A stretch of DNA of 64,000 bases from Candidatus Saccharimonadales bacterium (GTDB lineage Bacteria > Patescibacteriota > Saccharimonadia > Saccharimonadales > EFPC-124): assembly GCA_035280845.1 (NCBI GenBank), contig DATEFB010000012.1, forward strand, positions 9,093 to 73,092, given 5' to 3'. Of this stretch, positions 42,860 through 52,834 are shown piece by piece; positions within the stretch are counted from its first letter, which is position 1, and each line of letters starts with the position of its first letter. Below the pieces are notes generated by a model. The model did no database searches. It had not been told where the DNA came from and saw only the letters and a list, made by a program, of their open reading frames with translations. The position numbers and the translations under genes were made by a program.

Positions 42860-45415
42860 CTACATAGTGAACCAGGCCGAGCCATTGTTATATACCTGTA
42901 CCGAGCCCCATGCGGTATTGATAGTCCGCGAGCCCGCGCCGTCGATAGTCTGACCGCTTGTTCCCTGAATGGTAATGTTACTGGCGCCGGCGTTCCCTGT
43001 TTGGTCCTTAATGATGTACGTTTGGTTCGTATTGCCAGCCGCAGCCAAAGGTAACGTTACGACACGTGGCGCGGTCAGTGTTGTGTAAGCAATAAGGTAG
43101 TCACTGGCGACGGCAATGTAGTTAATGTCGGCGACACCCCGGCGGTTAATAGCCATACCTCCGCCGAGGCTTAGAGTAGCAGTAGGCGCAGCCGTACCAA
43201 TGCCAACATTGCCGCCGGTAAACCATGTGTTGCCACTCGGCGCCACTTTTGCCACGCTCGCGCTCGGTGCAGGCACTGTGCCCGCAGTAGAAGCACCACC
43301 GGTATCGGTAAAGCTGTTTGTGGTAGCGGTGTAGTACACGTTCTCGCCGCCCGGACTAGTGCCGCGATATATCCTGTACGATCCAGCACCGGCAACGGCC
43401 GTCCAGCTTAAGTTGACCGAACCACTGGGGCCAGTAACGACAGCGTTTACTTCTGAGCCGGCCACAGACGTGCCGCCAGCACCATCGAGCGAGATAACCT
43501 GGTAATAATATGTGCCGCTCGCTAGCGTTCCACCGCTCCCAACAGGAGTTGCCGAAAGCCCGCCAGGTGGCGACATACGAATGTTGATAGTGCCGCCATT
43601 AACCGTTAAAGCTTGGTCGGGGCTAGCCGTTAAAATGCCCACGCGGTTGCTTTGGTTGTCGACGTTAAAAATGGTGGTGCTTGCGGCGTTTTGCACTTGC
43701 AATACATTCGATGCGTTGTTGACTGGCTTTACAAGGACGTTCGAAGTCAGCATGGCGTTTGCAAACACGTAGTTACTGCCCTGGCTGTAGCGCAACGTAC
43801 CAATAATAGTTCCGGTAAACGGTGTAACAGTTGCCGAAAGGTTGGCCTCGATCTGGATTGGCGTCAGTACGTTACTGCCATATACAACGCCGACGGTAAT
43901 CGGGTTGTTAACGCCTGAGCCAAAAACGGTGTTGCCTGCGTGCATGCGAACTGTAACCTCTTGGGCATTTGCCAGTGCCAACGCTGTTCCACCGGTGTTG
44001 TTAGCCTGAATGTCCAAAACAATGTCTTTATTCACGCCACTGTTAATTTGTCCGATTGCCACAACCGGGTCACAGCTTGTGGTTACGCCAATAACTTCAA
44101 AAGCCTGCACGTTGGCGTACACGTTGCTACATGCGTTATCAATAACCAGACCGCCGAACGGCACGCCTACACCCGTACAGCTATCGACAAACAGGCTCGT
44201 GTAATGGATCTGGTTACTCTGGTTTAAATGCACGCCCGTCTTACAGCCAATGGCATACACAAAATTCACCACGCAGTCGCTCCCGGCATTGTGGTAAATG
44301 CCGCGGTAACCACCTTTTATAAACACGCCGCCAATTTCGAAGTGATACCCAAGGAGCGCCAGTCCATCTTGCCCTCGCAGCAGCCCGGTCGACTCAATTG
44401 CGGTACCCACATGCCACAGCCGCACATCGCCTAAGTAAATATGCGCCTGCTGGTTCGAGGTAATGCCAGCCTGGATGCCTGCGCCATGCAGACATTCAAC
44501 AAGAATCCGACGCACTACGGCATAGGGCTGCACCACCACGCACGGAGCAAAGCGGTCGGCCAATGCATTCACAATAATACCCAAGCCGTCAAAGATAACG
44601 CCAGACGGAATGGAAACCTGGGACGTGACAATATAAATCGCCTGTGTCGGGCCGGCTGGCAACGTAACAACACCATTACCCATGCCCATTGGCTGGTTTG
44701 GGTTGGTCATGTAGCCAGCAATAAATTGCAGCCCGGTTGCGGCGGCGTTGACGGCGTTCTGCAGTGCGGCCGTGTTGTCGCTGCCGTACACCATAACGCC
44801 GTTGCCGGAGTTGGTTGTAATGCCGGCTGTCGACGCAAGCGTTACCTGAGTGGCCGACTGCACAGATTGAATGGTTGTGATTGTACCCGCGCTCCCGCTG
44901 GTATATACAATGGCTATTTTGCCAACATCCGCCGAACTAAACGTACCGGCGCTTGTGGTAACAGTAGAACTTCCCGATGCCGCCACAACGCTGTTTACGC
45001 GTTTGCCGTCGCCAAGGGCGCCGTAATCGCGGGCGTTAATCTCGACATCACCCTTACTGACCAATGCCGATGTATCAACGGTAGGGTTGCCCCACTTCAC
45101 ACCCGCCGCCTGCGCACTGTCTGCCACAAGTGCCTGCCCGTCTGTGCCGACACCAAGGCGCTGTACGTTCGAGGCACCAGCCGCGACAAACAAATCGCCC
45201 TTGGCAGTTGCCGCAGTTTTATCGATTTTAGAGGCGAGCGCACCCTCGAGGCCATTCACCTTACTCTGGGCAATATTGGCCGCAGCAGAAATATGAGCAT
45301 CTGCAACAATTCCTGAGCGCAACGATCCATCTGACTTATGGACTTGTGCTAAGAAATCGTTGAGGACTTGTCCCCAAATACCATCATCGCCACCAGGACT
45401 TGGAAGCCGCGACAT
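42860..45415 (-). CDS. large beta-helix protein: pectate-lyase-superfamily (tailspike/depolymerase-like) domain + FN3-like + tail-fibre-like C-terminal domain
   Basis: 851 aa; NARDYGALGDGKRVNS (Pectate_lyase_3-type start), Gly/Thr/Ser/Asn-rich beta-helix body, SVNLSWTAVAGAGSYRIYRGTSPGG (FN3-like), C-terminal GGNVGIGTAAPTATLSLGGG motif seen in phage tail-fibre domains; no obvious signal peptide. Confidence 0.65.
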   Translation of the reverse strand: MSRLPSPGGDDGIWGQVLNDFLAQVHKSDGSLRSGIVADAHISAAANIAQSKVNGLEGALASKIDKTAATAKGDLFVAAGASNVQRLGVGTDGQALVADSAQAAGVKWGNPTVDTSALVSKGDVEINARDYGALGDGKRVNSVVAASGSSTVTTSAGTFSSADVGKIAIVYTSGSAGTITTIQSVQSATQVTLASTAGITTNSGNGVMVYGSDNTAALQNAVNAAATGLQFIAGYMTNPNQPMGMGNGVVTLPAGPTQAIYIVTSQVSIPSGVIFDGLGIIVNALADRFAPCVVVQPYAVVRRILVECLHGAGIQAGITSNQQAHIYLGDVRLWHVGTAIESTGLLRGQDGLALLGYHFEIGGVFIKGGYRGIYHNAGSDCVVNFVYAIGCKTGVHLNQSNQIHYTSLFVDSCTGVGVPFGGLVIDNACSNVYANVQAFEVIGVTTSCDPVVAIGQINSGVNKDIVLDIQANNTGGTALALANAQEVTVRMHAGNTVFGSGVNNPITVGVVYGSNVLTPIQIEANLSATVTPFTGTIIGTLRYSQGSNYVFANAMLTSNVLVKPVNNASNVLQVQNAASTTIFNVDNQSNRVGILTASPDQALTVNGGTINIRMSPPGGLSATPVGSGGTLASGTYYYQVISLDGAGGTSVAGSEVNAVVTGPSGSVNLSWTAVAGAGSYRIYRGTSPGGENVYYTATTNSFTDTGGASTAGTVPAPSASVAKVAPSGNTWFTGGNVGIGTAAPTATLSLGGGMAINRRGVADINYIAVASDYLIAYTTLTAPRVVTLPLAAAGNTNQTYIIKDQTGNAGASNITIQGTSGQTIDGAGSRTINTAWGSVQVYNNGSAWFTM

Positions 45416-45569
45416 GAATTACTCTTCTACCCCCGCTTACATCATAAGCTTTTTACTCGACTAATGGTAGGCGAAGCTCCCTCGCATGTCAATCTTATAA
45501 TAAGTGCAAAATCTGTAACGGAGTGTGTCGGAGTGACCATGACTGGCCACCCCGACACACCCTTGAGCC

Positions 45570-47177
45570 TTACGAGCGGGCATGCCGCCCTCGGCTTCGT
45601 ACCCTCTTGGTTTGTGGTTTCGGTTCCTGGACTTGTGACTGTTTCTCCGTCACCGGCCCAGTTACCGCACGCAGCGTTACCGCCACGTACACCAGACCGG
45701 TGAGGAGGTTGGGCAGGAAGTCCCACAGACTCCAGGCTGCCATGTAGTACGCCGACCCGCCGACCCAGATGAGACCGGTGCCGAAGCCCCAGCCCCCAAT
45801 GAGTGTGCGGGAGTACTTGATCCGGCGACTCGTGGAACCCTTCTTTGAGCCCGTTGCGCTCCATCCTAGCCGCTTGTCCCGCAAGATGTCCATGAGCGCG
45901 AACGCGTGTGCCCATCCGTAGACGAGCTTCACCGCCCACGCGTCGATCCCATAGCGACACCTGTGCCATGCGGGGAAAATCACCATGTTATAGATCAACG
46001 ATGGCAAGATCCACAGATAGTTTTCGAGCAGCACCTGATCGGGGAATACCAGCAGCAACACGATCGGGATCGTCGGACCCACAATCGTGAAGATGGCGGT
46101 GTGCAGGTAGTAACAGAACCCCGATAGATAGCAGCACCTCGTGCGGAAGCTCATCTTGGCAGCCCAGAACTTGCGGCTACCCAGAAGGGACATCGACCCC
46201 ATGCACCACCGATATTGTTGCTGGATAAATTTCACCAGCATATCAGGGCACTCTCCCGTTGCCAGGTTGATGGGGAGGTAGAACAATCCCCAGCCTGTCT
46301 TCGAGAGGTAACGCAGGTCGAATCCCGTGTGAACGTCCTCGGAGTGGCCGATCAACGTCGGACCGCCGCCGTTCTCCTCTAGCGCTTCGCGCCGGTAGAT
46401 GGCATTGGTGCCAACGCAGATCGCTCCGTCGAGCTGATTGCGTGACTGCTGAATGAAGCGGTAGAACAGTTCCTGTACTGCTCCCGCCCCGCTTTGGAGC
46501 CAGTTCTGAACGTCCCTTCGGACGTGGAAGTACTGCGGAGACTGAATGATACCGAGCCGGGGGTCTCCCTCCAGGTACGGCAGCATCTCCGTCAGATAAT
46601 CCTCCCGCGGGCAGAAGTCCGCGTCGAACACTAGCAGGTACTTGCCGGGGCGTTCCTTCTTTCGGCTGATTAAGAACCCGAACTTCAGGTTCCCCGCCTT
46701 CTTGAACCACCCACGGATGTTCTTCCCCCCGTAAATCGGCACTGGGGGCCGTGTGTGATACTCGAAGTTGGCACCAGCACGCCGGAATTCGGCCACCAGT
46801 TCGGCGGCCTCCGGCGACTGTCCGTCATCCAGCACGTAGGCAGTGATCTCCCCGCCGAGAAGCGTGTAGGCCTTCATCATCATGGCAACATAGTGCCACG
46901 TATTCCGAAGGGTCCTGGTCGGCTCACCGGCGATCGGCAGCATGACGTCAATCGGGGGAAGTCCTTCAACAATGGCCTTGGCAAGCCACGCAGCCACCTT
47001 TACCCGGTGAGCGGCAACATCGAAGCTGGAAGCTCCGAAATTGACGGCCAACGAGATGAAGTAGTACGCAACCGTGAAGACCAAGAACAACGAGTACGCC
47101 GACACCAGCCATGGATTGAGCAAAAGGAACTTGCCCTGGCTAATGATCAGACACGTAAAGCTGACGAGCGACACCAC
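45570..47177 (-). CDS. processive family-2 glycosyltransferase (cellulose-synthase-like), multi-TM, GTG start
   Basis: 535 aa; DVMLPIAGEP, LVFDADF (DxD), GHSEDVHTG (TED-like), QQQYRWCMG (QxxRW) motifs plus 6-8 TM helices. Confidence 0.8.
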   Translation of the reverse strand: MVSLVSFTCLIISQGKFLLLNPWLVSAYSLFLVFTVAYYFISLAVNFGASSFDVAAHRVKVAAWLAKAIVEGLPPIDVMLPIAGEPTRTLRNTWHYVAMMMKAYTLLGGEITAYVLDDGQSPEAAELVAEFRRAGANFEYHTRPPVPIYGGKNIRGWFKKAGNLKFGFLISRKKERPGKYLLVFDADFCPREDYLTEMLPYLEGDPRLGIIQSPQYFHVRRDVQNWLQSGAGAVQELFYRFIQQSRNQLDGAICVGTNAIYRREALEENGGGPTLIGHSEDVHTGFDLRYLSKTGWGLFYLPINLATGECPDMLVKFIQQQYRWCMGSMSLLGSRKFWAAKMSFRTRCCYLSGFCYYLHTAIFTIVGPTIPIVLLLVFPDQVLLENYLWILPSLIYNMVIFPAWHRCRYGIDAWAVKLVYGWAHAFALMDILRDKRLGWSATGSKKGSTSRRIKYSRTLIGGWGFGTGLIWVGGSAYYMAAWSLWDFLPNLLTGLVYVAVTLRAVTGPVTEKQSQVQEPKPQTKRVRSRGRHARS

Positions 47178-47459
47178 TGTAACTACCAGAGGACGCCGCT
47201 TGACATAGCTGTATTTCTCGCGGTCCGTCGGAGGACTCGGCAGGTTTCCCTGCAGTTCTGCGTCGGGTGGGGGTGGACGAGGGCTGGACCCCCTACCGGT
47301 CGCGACTTTCGTGACGAACCCCCTTCCTTCTCAGAACCAAAACCACTTAGGTACGAGTCAGGGCGCCTCTTTCGAAGCGCCCTAGACCGTAGACCATTTT
47401 ACAGTATTTTTGTCAAAAAAGTAAGTAGCTAGTGCATTTCTAACCAATAAAGACAGCCC

Positions 47460-48002
47460 TCATTTGGACTGTCTTTGACGGTAGAATGCCAGCGCCGCAT
47501 CTCCGTAATATCTATTGTCCACCACAACAACTCCATTAACGGTCGGCGCTGAGCCTCTACCTGGGTATGATAATACCATAAGCCCGTTTGGGTTTAAATG
47601 ACGAATTAACAACGAAACTGTGGATAACTGCAGATCCTGGTACGGTGGGTCTGCAAGGATAAGATCGAAGGTAGCGTCAGGGTTTTGTTCGCTCCACATG
47701 CGGCAGTTTGCTTTTACAAGCTGCACTCTGTCTTCGACCCCAAGTGACTCAATATTTTTCTGGATAACCTTCTGCGCAATTCGGTCGCGCTCAAGGGCAA
47801 GGCTGTTTTTTGCACCCCTGCTTACTGCTTCGAAGCTGACCGCTCCACTGCCCGCGAACGGGTCGAGCACGGTCTTGCCCTCGGCATCAATCATATTAAA
47901 TAGAGCGCCACGCATACGTTCGCCCATAGGATGGGTCGCGTCGGAGCCGGGCGAATCCAGAAACCTGCCCCCGAACTCACCCGCGATCACCCGGATGCGC
48001 AT
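47460..48002 (-). CDS. rsmD: 16S rRNA (guanine966-N2)-methyltransferase RsmD
   Basis: 180 aa; LDPFAGSGAVSFEAVSRGA SAM motif and LILADPPY motif. Confidence 0.85.
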   Translation of the reverse strand: MRIRVIAGEFGGRFLDSPGSDATHPMGERMRGALFNMIDAEGKTVLDPFAGSGAVSFEAVSRGAKNSLALERDRIAQKVIQKNIESLGVEDRVQLVKANCRMWSEQNPDATFDLILADPPYQDLQLSTVSLLIRHLNPNGLMVLSYPGRGSAPTVNGVVVVDNRYYGDAALAFYRQRQSK

Positions 48003-48815
48003 TTACTTGCCCTCAGCCCGCTGCAGTGCTTCGTACCAGGCAAGGGCGATTGTTTTTACAATGATCGGCGCCAGTTGCTCGCGTGTTTCGCGGGCCAGCT
48101 GCCGGGTCCAGCCTTTATGGCTAAAGCGGTCATACATTTTAAGCTCGTAAATCTCGCGAGCAGCCTCCTGGAATACCTGCACCGTGCCCACTTTAAGCAC
48201 CCGGCGGCATTCTGCCTTGGTTGGGTATCCACGCTTTAGACGCAAAGGAGCAATAATGGTTGCGACGCCAAATTCGTAGAGCCCGTGGGTTGTCATAACG
48301 CCTTTTGCGCCCCACATTTCCCAGTTTTTGGCCAATACTTTAGACGGCTTGTCGCCTTCACCCTTAATTATGAGCTTGTCTTTAATGCTTGTGCGGGTCT
48401 CGAGGCCTTCACCCCTCAGTTCTTCCAGGCGCTCTGCAAGCGGAAAATGGTGCGCCGGTGTTAGACCGTCGGTAATTGCATGCGCCTGCCAGGCTGCCTC
48501 GAACGCAGCTTTTTCGCGTTCACCTTTTTTAAGGGCGGCGGTCAGGTTTTTACTGTGACGTTCAATCATGCGTAGCAATTCGGTGTCTCGCTCGTCCATT
48601 GGGTCATAATAATGCCATGGTTCGTCGCGGGCAGGCGACTTGCTTTTAATGCCGTCGGGCCCGTTTTTGCCCTCGAACTGCAGGATTTCTTTATTGGTCG
48701 GAAAATAAGTGCCTGGCGCCACAGATTCGAGCGCCTTGCGTGCCACACGGTCAAGCTTCTGGTGCGCGCCAATAATGCGGCCAGAATGTTTACGGAGGGT
48801 TGTTCCTGAGTACAT
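48003..48815 (-). CDS. zinc-dependent phospholipase C family protein (cytoplasmic, no signal peptide)
   Basis: 270 aa; EPWHYYDP and HAITDGLTPAHH motifs parallel the Zn-ligand blocks (HFYDP, H..D..QP.H) of Bacillus PC-PLC family. Confidence 0.5.
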   Translation of the reverse strand: MYSGTTLRKHSGRIIGAHQKLDRVARKALESVAPGTYFPTNKEILQFEGKNGPDGIKSKSPARDEPWHYYDPMDERDTELLRMIERHSKNLTAALKKGEREKAAFEAAWQAHAITDGLTPAHHFPLAERLEELRGEGLETRTSIKDKLIIKGEGDKPSKVLAKNWEMWGAKGVMTTHGLYEFGVATIIAPLRLKRGYPTKAECRRVLKVGTVQVFQEAAREIYELKMYDRFSHKGWTRQLARETREQLAPIIVKTIALAWYEALQRAEGK

Positions 48816-48816
48816 G

Positions 48817-50886
48817 TTAGTTTAACTTTGTGAGTCGCCGATAACGGTCGACATGTTCGTGCAATCTCTTATATTGTAACAAATTAACCTGGGTATCCAC
48901 CAGCCAGGCCGCTGCATCTCGGGCGCGTTTTAGCAGCTTTGTATCGGCGAGGTTGGCAAATGACAGATTCAGGGCGCCATGCTGTGCCCGGCCGTAAATC
49001 TCGCCCGGGCCGCGAAGCTTAAGGTCGACTTCGGCCAGGTAAAAGCCGTCTGTAGACTGTTCGAGCTCACGCAAACGCTGGCTGACTGATTGTACAGTGG
49101 TCGGCACGACGTAGCAATAGCTTTGCTCACTCCCCCGGCCCACTCGGCCTCGCAGCTGATGCAGCTGGGCCAGACCAAACCGTTCGGCGCCCTCGATCAG
49201 CATAACTGTGGCGTTTGGAACGTCTACGCCCACCTCAATGACAGTCGTGCTAATTAAGACGTCGAGCTCTTTATTCTTAAACAACCGCATCACCAACTCT
49301 TTTTCGTCGGCCTTCATTTGCCCGTGCAACAGCCCGAGGCGTCGATGCTTAAACACGCTTTTTGTCAGGCGGGCATGCTCGGCTTCGACACTTTTTAATT
49401 CGACGTTTGCGCCGCCATCGGCAACAAGCGGACACACCACATACGCCTGGCGTCCGGCTTTAATTTCTTTGTCGATGTGTTCGTATACCGAATGCCGGGC
49501 CAGCGGCGAAACAACTTTTGTGGTGATTGGCTGGCGGCCCTTTGGTAATTCGTTCAGAATCGAGACTTCAAGCTCGCCATACACCGTTAATTGCAGGCTG
49601 CGGGGAATTGGCGTGGCAGTCATGCTAAGCAAGTGGGGCATGTGGTCGCCATGTTTTAACAGCTCGGCCCGCTGGGCGACGCCAAACCGGTGCTGCTCGT
49701 CGATTACCACAAGTCCAAGCTTATGAAACGCGCTGTCTTTTTGGATGAGTGCGTGCGTACCCACTACAACATCCACATCGCCAGAAGCAATATGCAGCTT
49801 CAGGTTCTCTTTTGCCTTTGGCTTGGTAGACCCAACAAGAAGCGCCACCCGCACGCCCATCGGCTCCAGCAAATCGGCCAATCCCTTGGCATGTTGCGTT
49901 GCCAGAATCTCAGTCGGCGCCATGAAGGCGGTCTGCAAGCCCCCACGGGCCGCCATAAACGCCGCCATTGCCGCGACAAGCGTCTTGCCCGAGCCAACAT
50001 CGCCCTGCAACAGGCGATTCATCGGCTCACCTTTTTCCATATCTTGCAGAATCTCCCAGGCGGCCTTGCGCTGAGCGCCGGTCATAGTAAAAGGCAACGC
50101 ACCCGTAAAGGCCTTGGCGACCTCTGGCAAAAATGGCACCTTCCAGCCTTTCAGCGAAGCCACGTCCTTTTTATTGAGCACGCTGGCGAGCATGAGCGTA
50201 AAAATCTCTTCAAACGAAATGCGCGCCTTGGCAGCTTCCAGGTCTTTTGCCTCTTCGGGAAAATGGATTGATTGGAGGGTCTGGTGTATATCTAGCAGAT
50301 TCTCTCGCTTTATAAGGTCGGATGGCAGCGTTTCGGGCAACATCTTCATAAGCGGCACAAGCTCTAGCATAACCTTGCGCAGCTGATGGGACTTTAGTCC
50401 GGCGGTCTCGCGGTAAATCGGGACAATGCGCGCCGTGCTGACGCTCATGGATTTTACCTGCTCACTGGCCGGGTTCTGGAGCACGTAGCGGTTACGCTGC
50501 AAATCGTACGTGCCCGAAAAATAATACTCCTCGCCCTTGCTTAGTTGGGCCGCACGGTACGACTGGTTAAACCACACAGCGCGCGTTTTGGCGGAGCCGT
50601 CGGCAATAACTGCCTCGGTTATGTGCAGGCCACGGCGAATGTGCCGCCCGGCTACCGACTCAACCATACCTTTTACCGTCACTTTTCCGGGTTTGAGCTG
50701 GGCGATCGGGACTACCTGCGAAAAGTCATCGTACTTGCGCGGAAAGAAATACAGCAAATCCTCGACGGTTTCGACGCCGAGGCTGTACAACTTGTCGGCC
50801 AGAACGTTGCCGACTCCTTTGATTGTAGTGACAGGTTGTTTAAGCATACGGGTTAGCGCGGCAGGACGAACAGCTCGCGCATGCAA
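48817..50886 (-). CDS. recG: ATP-dependent DNA helicase RecG
   Basis: 689 aa; wedge domain, Walker A GDVGSGKT, DEQHRFGV (DExH), helicase motifs. Confidence 0.92.
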   Translation of the reverse strand: MHARAVRPAALTRMLKQPVTTIKGVGNVLADKLYSLGVETVEDLLYFFPRKYDDFSQVVPIAQLKPGKVTVKGMVESVAGRHIRRGLHITEAVIADGSAKTRAVWFNQSYRAAQLSKGEEYYFSGTYDLQRNRYVLQNPASEQVKSMSVSTARIVPIYRETAGLKSHQLRKVMLELVPLMKMLPETLPSDLIKRENLLDIHQTLQSIHFPEEAKDLEAAKARISFEEIFTLMLASVLNKKDVASLKGWKVPFLPEVAKAFTGALPFTMTGAQRKAAWEILQDMEKGEPMNRLLQGDVGSGKTLVAAMAAFMAARGGLQTAFMAPTEILATQHAKGLADLLEPMGVRVALLVGSTKPKAKENLKLHIASGDVDVVVGTHALIQKDSAFHKLGLVVIDEQHRFGVAQRAELLKHGDHMPHLLSMTATPIPRSLQLTVYGELEVSILNELPKGRQPITTKVVSPLARHSVYEHIDKEIKAGRQAYVVCPLVADGGANVELKSVEAEHARLTKSVFKHRRLGLLHGQMKADEKELVMRLFKNKELDVLISTTVIEVGVDVPNATVMLIEGAERFGLAQLHQLRGRVGRGSEQSYCYVVPTTVQSVSQRLRELEQSTDGFYLAEVDLKLRGPGEIYGRAQHGALNLSFANLADTKLLKRARDAAAWLVDTQVNLLQYKRLHEHVDRYRRLTKLN

Positions 50887-51446
50887 TCTACGAACATCCA
50901 GGCGTCGCTATATGTAATAGGGCGCGACGAGCCGTCCTTAAATAGTGTATCGCCTGCTGCGTTTTCGCCATAATTGACTTGTGTGGCATCAATCTGTCCA
51001 TTGGGATGCGCCGCAACGCCCATGAGCTGCCTGAATGTCACGTTCCTGTACTTATACTGAAGCCCAAGCGCGACATACCGAACGGGCGGATCGTCTTTGT
51101 CGTATTGTTCAACAGAGGATACAACGTATATTCTTTCGGCCTCGGGCGGCACTACAAACGTAAAACCGTAGAACAGGCTGAACTTTCCTTCGTAGTCATC
51201 ATCCCAGTCAATTGGCACGGGCTGGCCCATGCGCTCGCCCGGTGGAATGTACAGATCGTCCAAAGCCATGACTTTTAGCATTTCTGCGGCATTGGCAGTG
51301 TCGGTGCGCAATCCGAACTCAACATATCTGTCGGTCTCGGCTTTTGCGAGCAGGTCTTCGGCCAAGCCCGTCACCCAGCCATGCGCAGCCCTCCTTTGTT
51401 CGATTGACGTAATGGATTCGCGCATGTCGAGGCTGAATTCTGGCAT
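50853..51446 (-). CDS. hypothetical protein (197 aa)
   Basis: ORF overlapping recG 3' end by 34 nt (true start may be the internal Met); no recognisable domain. Confidence 0.4.
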   Translation of the reverse strand: MPEFSLDMRESITSIEQRRAAHGWVTGLAEDLLAKAETDRYVEFGLRTDTANAAEMLKVMALDDLYIPPGERMGQPVPIDWDDDYEGKFSLFYGFTFVVPPEAERIYVVSSVEQYDKDDPPVRYVALGLQYKYRNVTFRQLMGVAAHPNGQIDATQVNYGENAAGDTLFKDGSSRPITYSDAWMFVDCMRELFVLPR

Positions 51447-51447
51447 G

Positions 51448-52638
51448 CTAGGTGATTTTCACAAACTTTCTTTTGCCTACTTGCAGTAGGTCACCTGGCT
51501 TTACTGTCACTTTTTGAGCCTCAATTTTCTGCTGGTTCAGCTTCACTCCACCCTGTTCGAGCAATCTACGGGCCTCAGAGTTACTGGCAGCAAGCCCGGC
51601 TTTTACGAGCAGGTCTACGGTATCGTGCTCGCCAGGCGTAACCGTAACTGCAGGAGCGGCATCGCTGGCATTCCCCGAAAACAGTTGTTCGGTGGCCTCT
51701 TTTGCCTTGCGGGCTTCTTCCTCGCCGTGGACCAATCGTGTTACTTCATACGCTAGCAGCTTTTGCGCCGCGCGCTTGGAAGGGTCGGCTTTAAATTCAG
51801 CAAGCACTGCTTCAACTTTTTCGCGGCTCAGGAGGGTATAGACCTTAAGGTATGTCTCGACACCACCGTCATCGGCATTCAGCCAGAACTGGTAAAACTG
51901 GAATGGCGATGTTTTTTCCGGGTTCAGCCACACGGCGCCGTCTTCGGTCTTGCCAAACTTTTTGCCAGTGGCGGTGTTCATAATGAGTGGTCCAGTCCAA
52001 ACATGCGATTCCTGGCCTTCAAGCTTGCGGATCAGCTCGACACCAGAGATGCTGTTTCCCCACTGGTCAGCTCCGGCCAGCTGTAGCGTCACGCCTTTTT
52101 CGCGGAAAAGGTGCAAGAAGTCATAGCCTTGAATAAGTGAGTAGCTGAATTCGGCGTAGCTAATGCCCTTGCCACCCTTGCCAATGCGTGACTGTACAAA
52201 TTCGCGGTCAAGCAACTGCGTCATAGAGAAGTGCTTGCCGACATCGCGTAAAAAGTCCAGGTAACCAATGCCCTTGAACCATTCGTAATTATCAACGAAA
52301 TCAAAGTCCTGGCCGGCGAACACTCGTTTGTATTCTGCAGCAATGCCAGCTTTGTTCTTTTCTATTTCTTCGAGAGGCTTTAAATCACGCTCTTCAGCTT
52401 TGCCGTCGGGGTCGCCAATCATACCTGTAGCGCCACCCACCAGCAAAACTGCTTTGTGGCCGTGGTCAATAAAATGACGGGCCATCATGGCCATGGCAAG
52501 GTTGCCGACGGTCATGCTGTCGGCACTCGGGTCAACGCCCCAGTAAAAAGTGATTGGTTCGCCGTCGAGGCGGCTTAGGTCTTTGAGGGTGGTTTGGTTT
52601 ACGAACCCACGCCACTTTAGTTCTTCAGATAGTTTCAT
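51448..52638 (-). CDS. tyrS: tyrosine--tRNA ligase
   Basis: 396 aa; class I Rossmann fold, KFGKT (KMSKS variant), C-terminal S4 domain. Confidence 0.92.
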   Translation of the reverse strand: MKLSEELKWRGFVNQTTLKDLSRLDGEPITFYWGVDPSADSMTVGNLAMAMMARHFIDHGHKAVLLVGGATGMIGDPDGKAEERDLKPLEEIEKNKAGIAAEYKRVFAGQDFDFVDNYEWFKGIGYLDFLRDVGKHFSMTQLLDREFVQSRIGKGGKGISYAEFSYSLIQGYDFLHLFREKGVTLQLAGADQWGNSISGVELIRKLEGQESHVWTGPLIMNTATGKKFGKTEDGAVWLNPEKTSPFQFYQFWLNADDGGVETYLKVYTLLSREKVEAVLAEFKADPSKRAAQKLLAYEVTRLVHGEEEARKAKEATEQLFSGNASDAAPAVTVTPGEHDTVDLLVKAGLAASNSEARRLLEQGGVKLNQQKIEAQKVTVKPGDLLQVGKRKFVKIT

Positions 52639-52783
52639 GTCAGCTCCGGATTAAAAATTACAGCTTGGTTTCAGCTGGCACGTATATAGATAATCGGTAT
52701 GGCGATGCGCAATATGCATATTTTTCACATCTGGAATGATCTTGAACTTATTGTAGCATACCAACTTGCGTCGCGCCGGAGGG

Positions 52784-52792
52784 TGGTATAAT
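52784..52792 (+). promoter_or_regulatory. extended -10 promoter (TGgTATAAT) for PBP1A gene
   Basis: tggtataat at 52784-52792, 42 nt upstream of ATG 52835. Confidence 0.45.
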
Positions 52793-52834
52793 GAGAGAGA
52801 TTTTTATTAGGTTTATGGAGCTAATACATACCAT

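Noticed and set aside
47362-47476. Hairpins downstream of rsmD (AGGGCGC...GCGCCCT; AAAGACAG...CTGTCTTT) as terminators
   Set aside because: No T-run follows on the transcribed strand, and one overlaps the rsmD coding end. They are not called as terminators, and the 280 nt GT2 upstream region is left unannotated.
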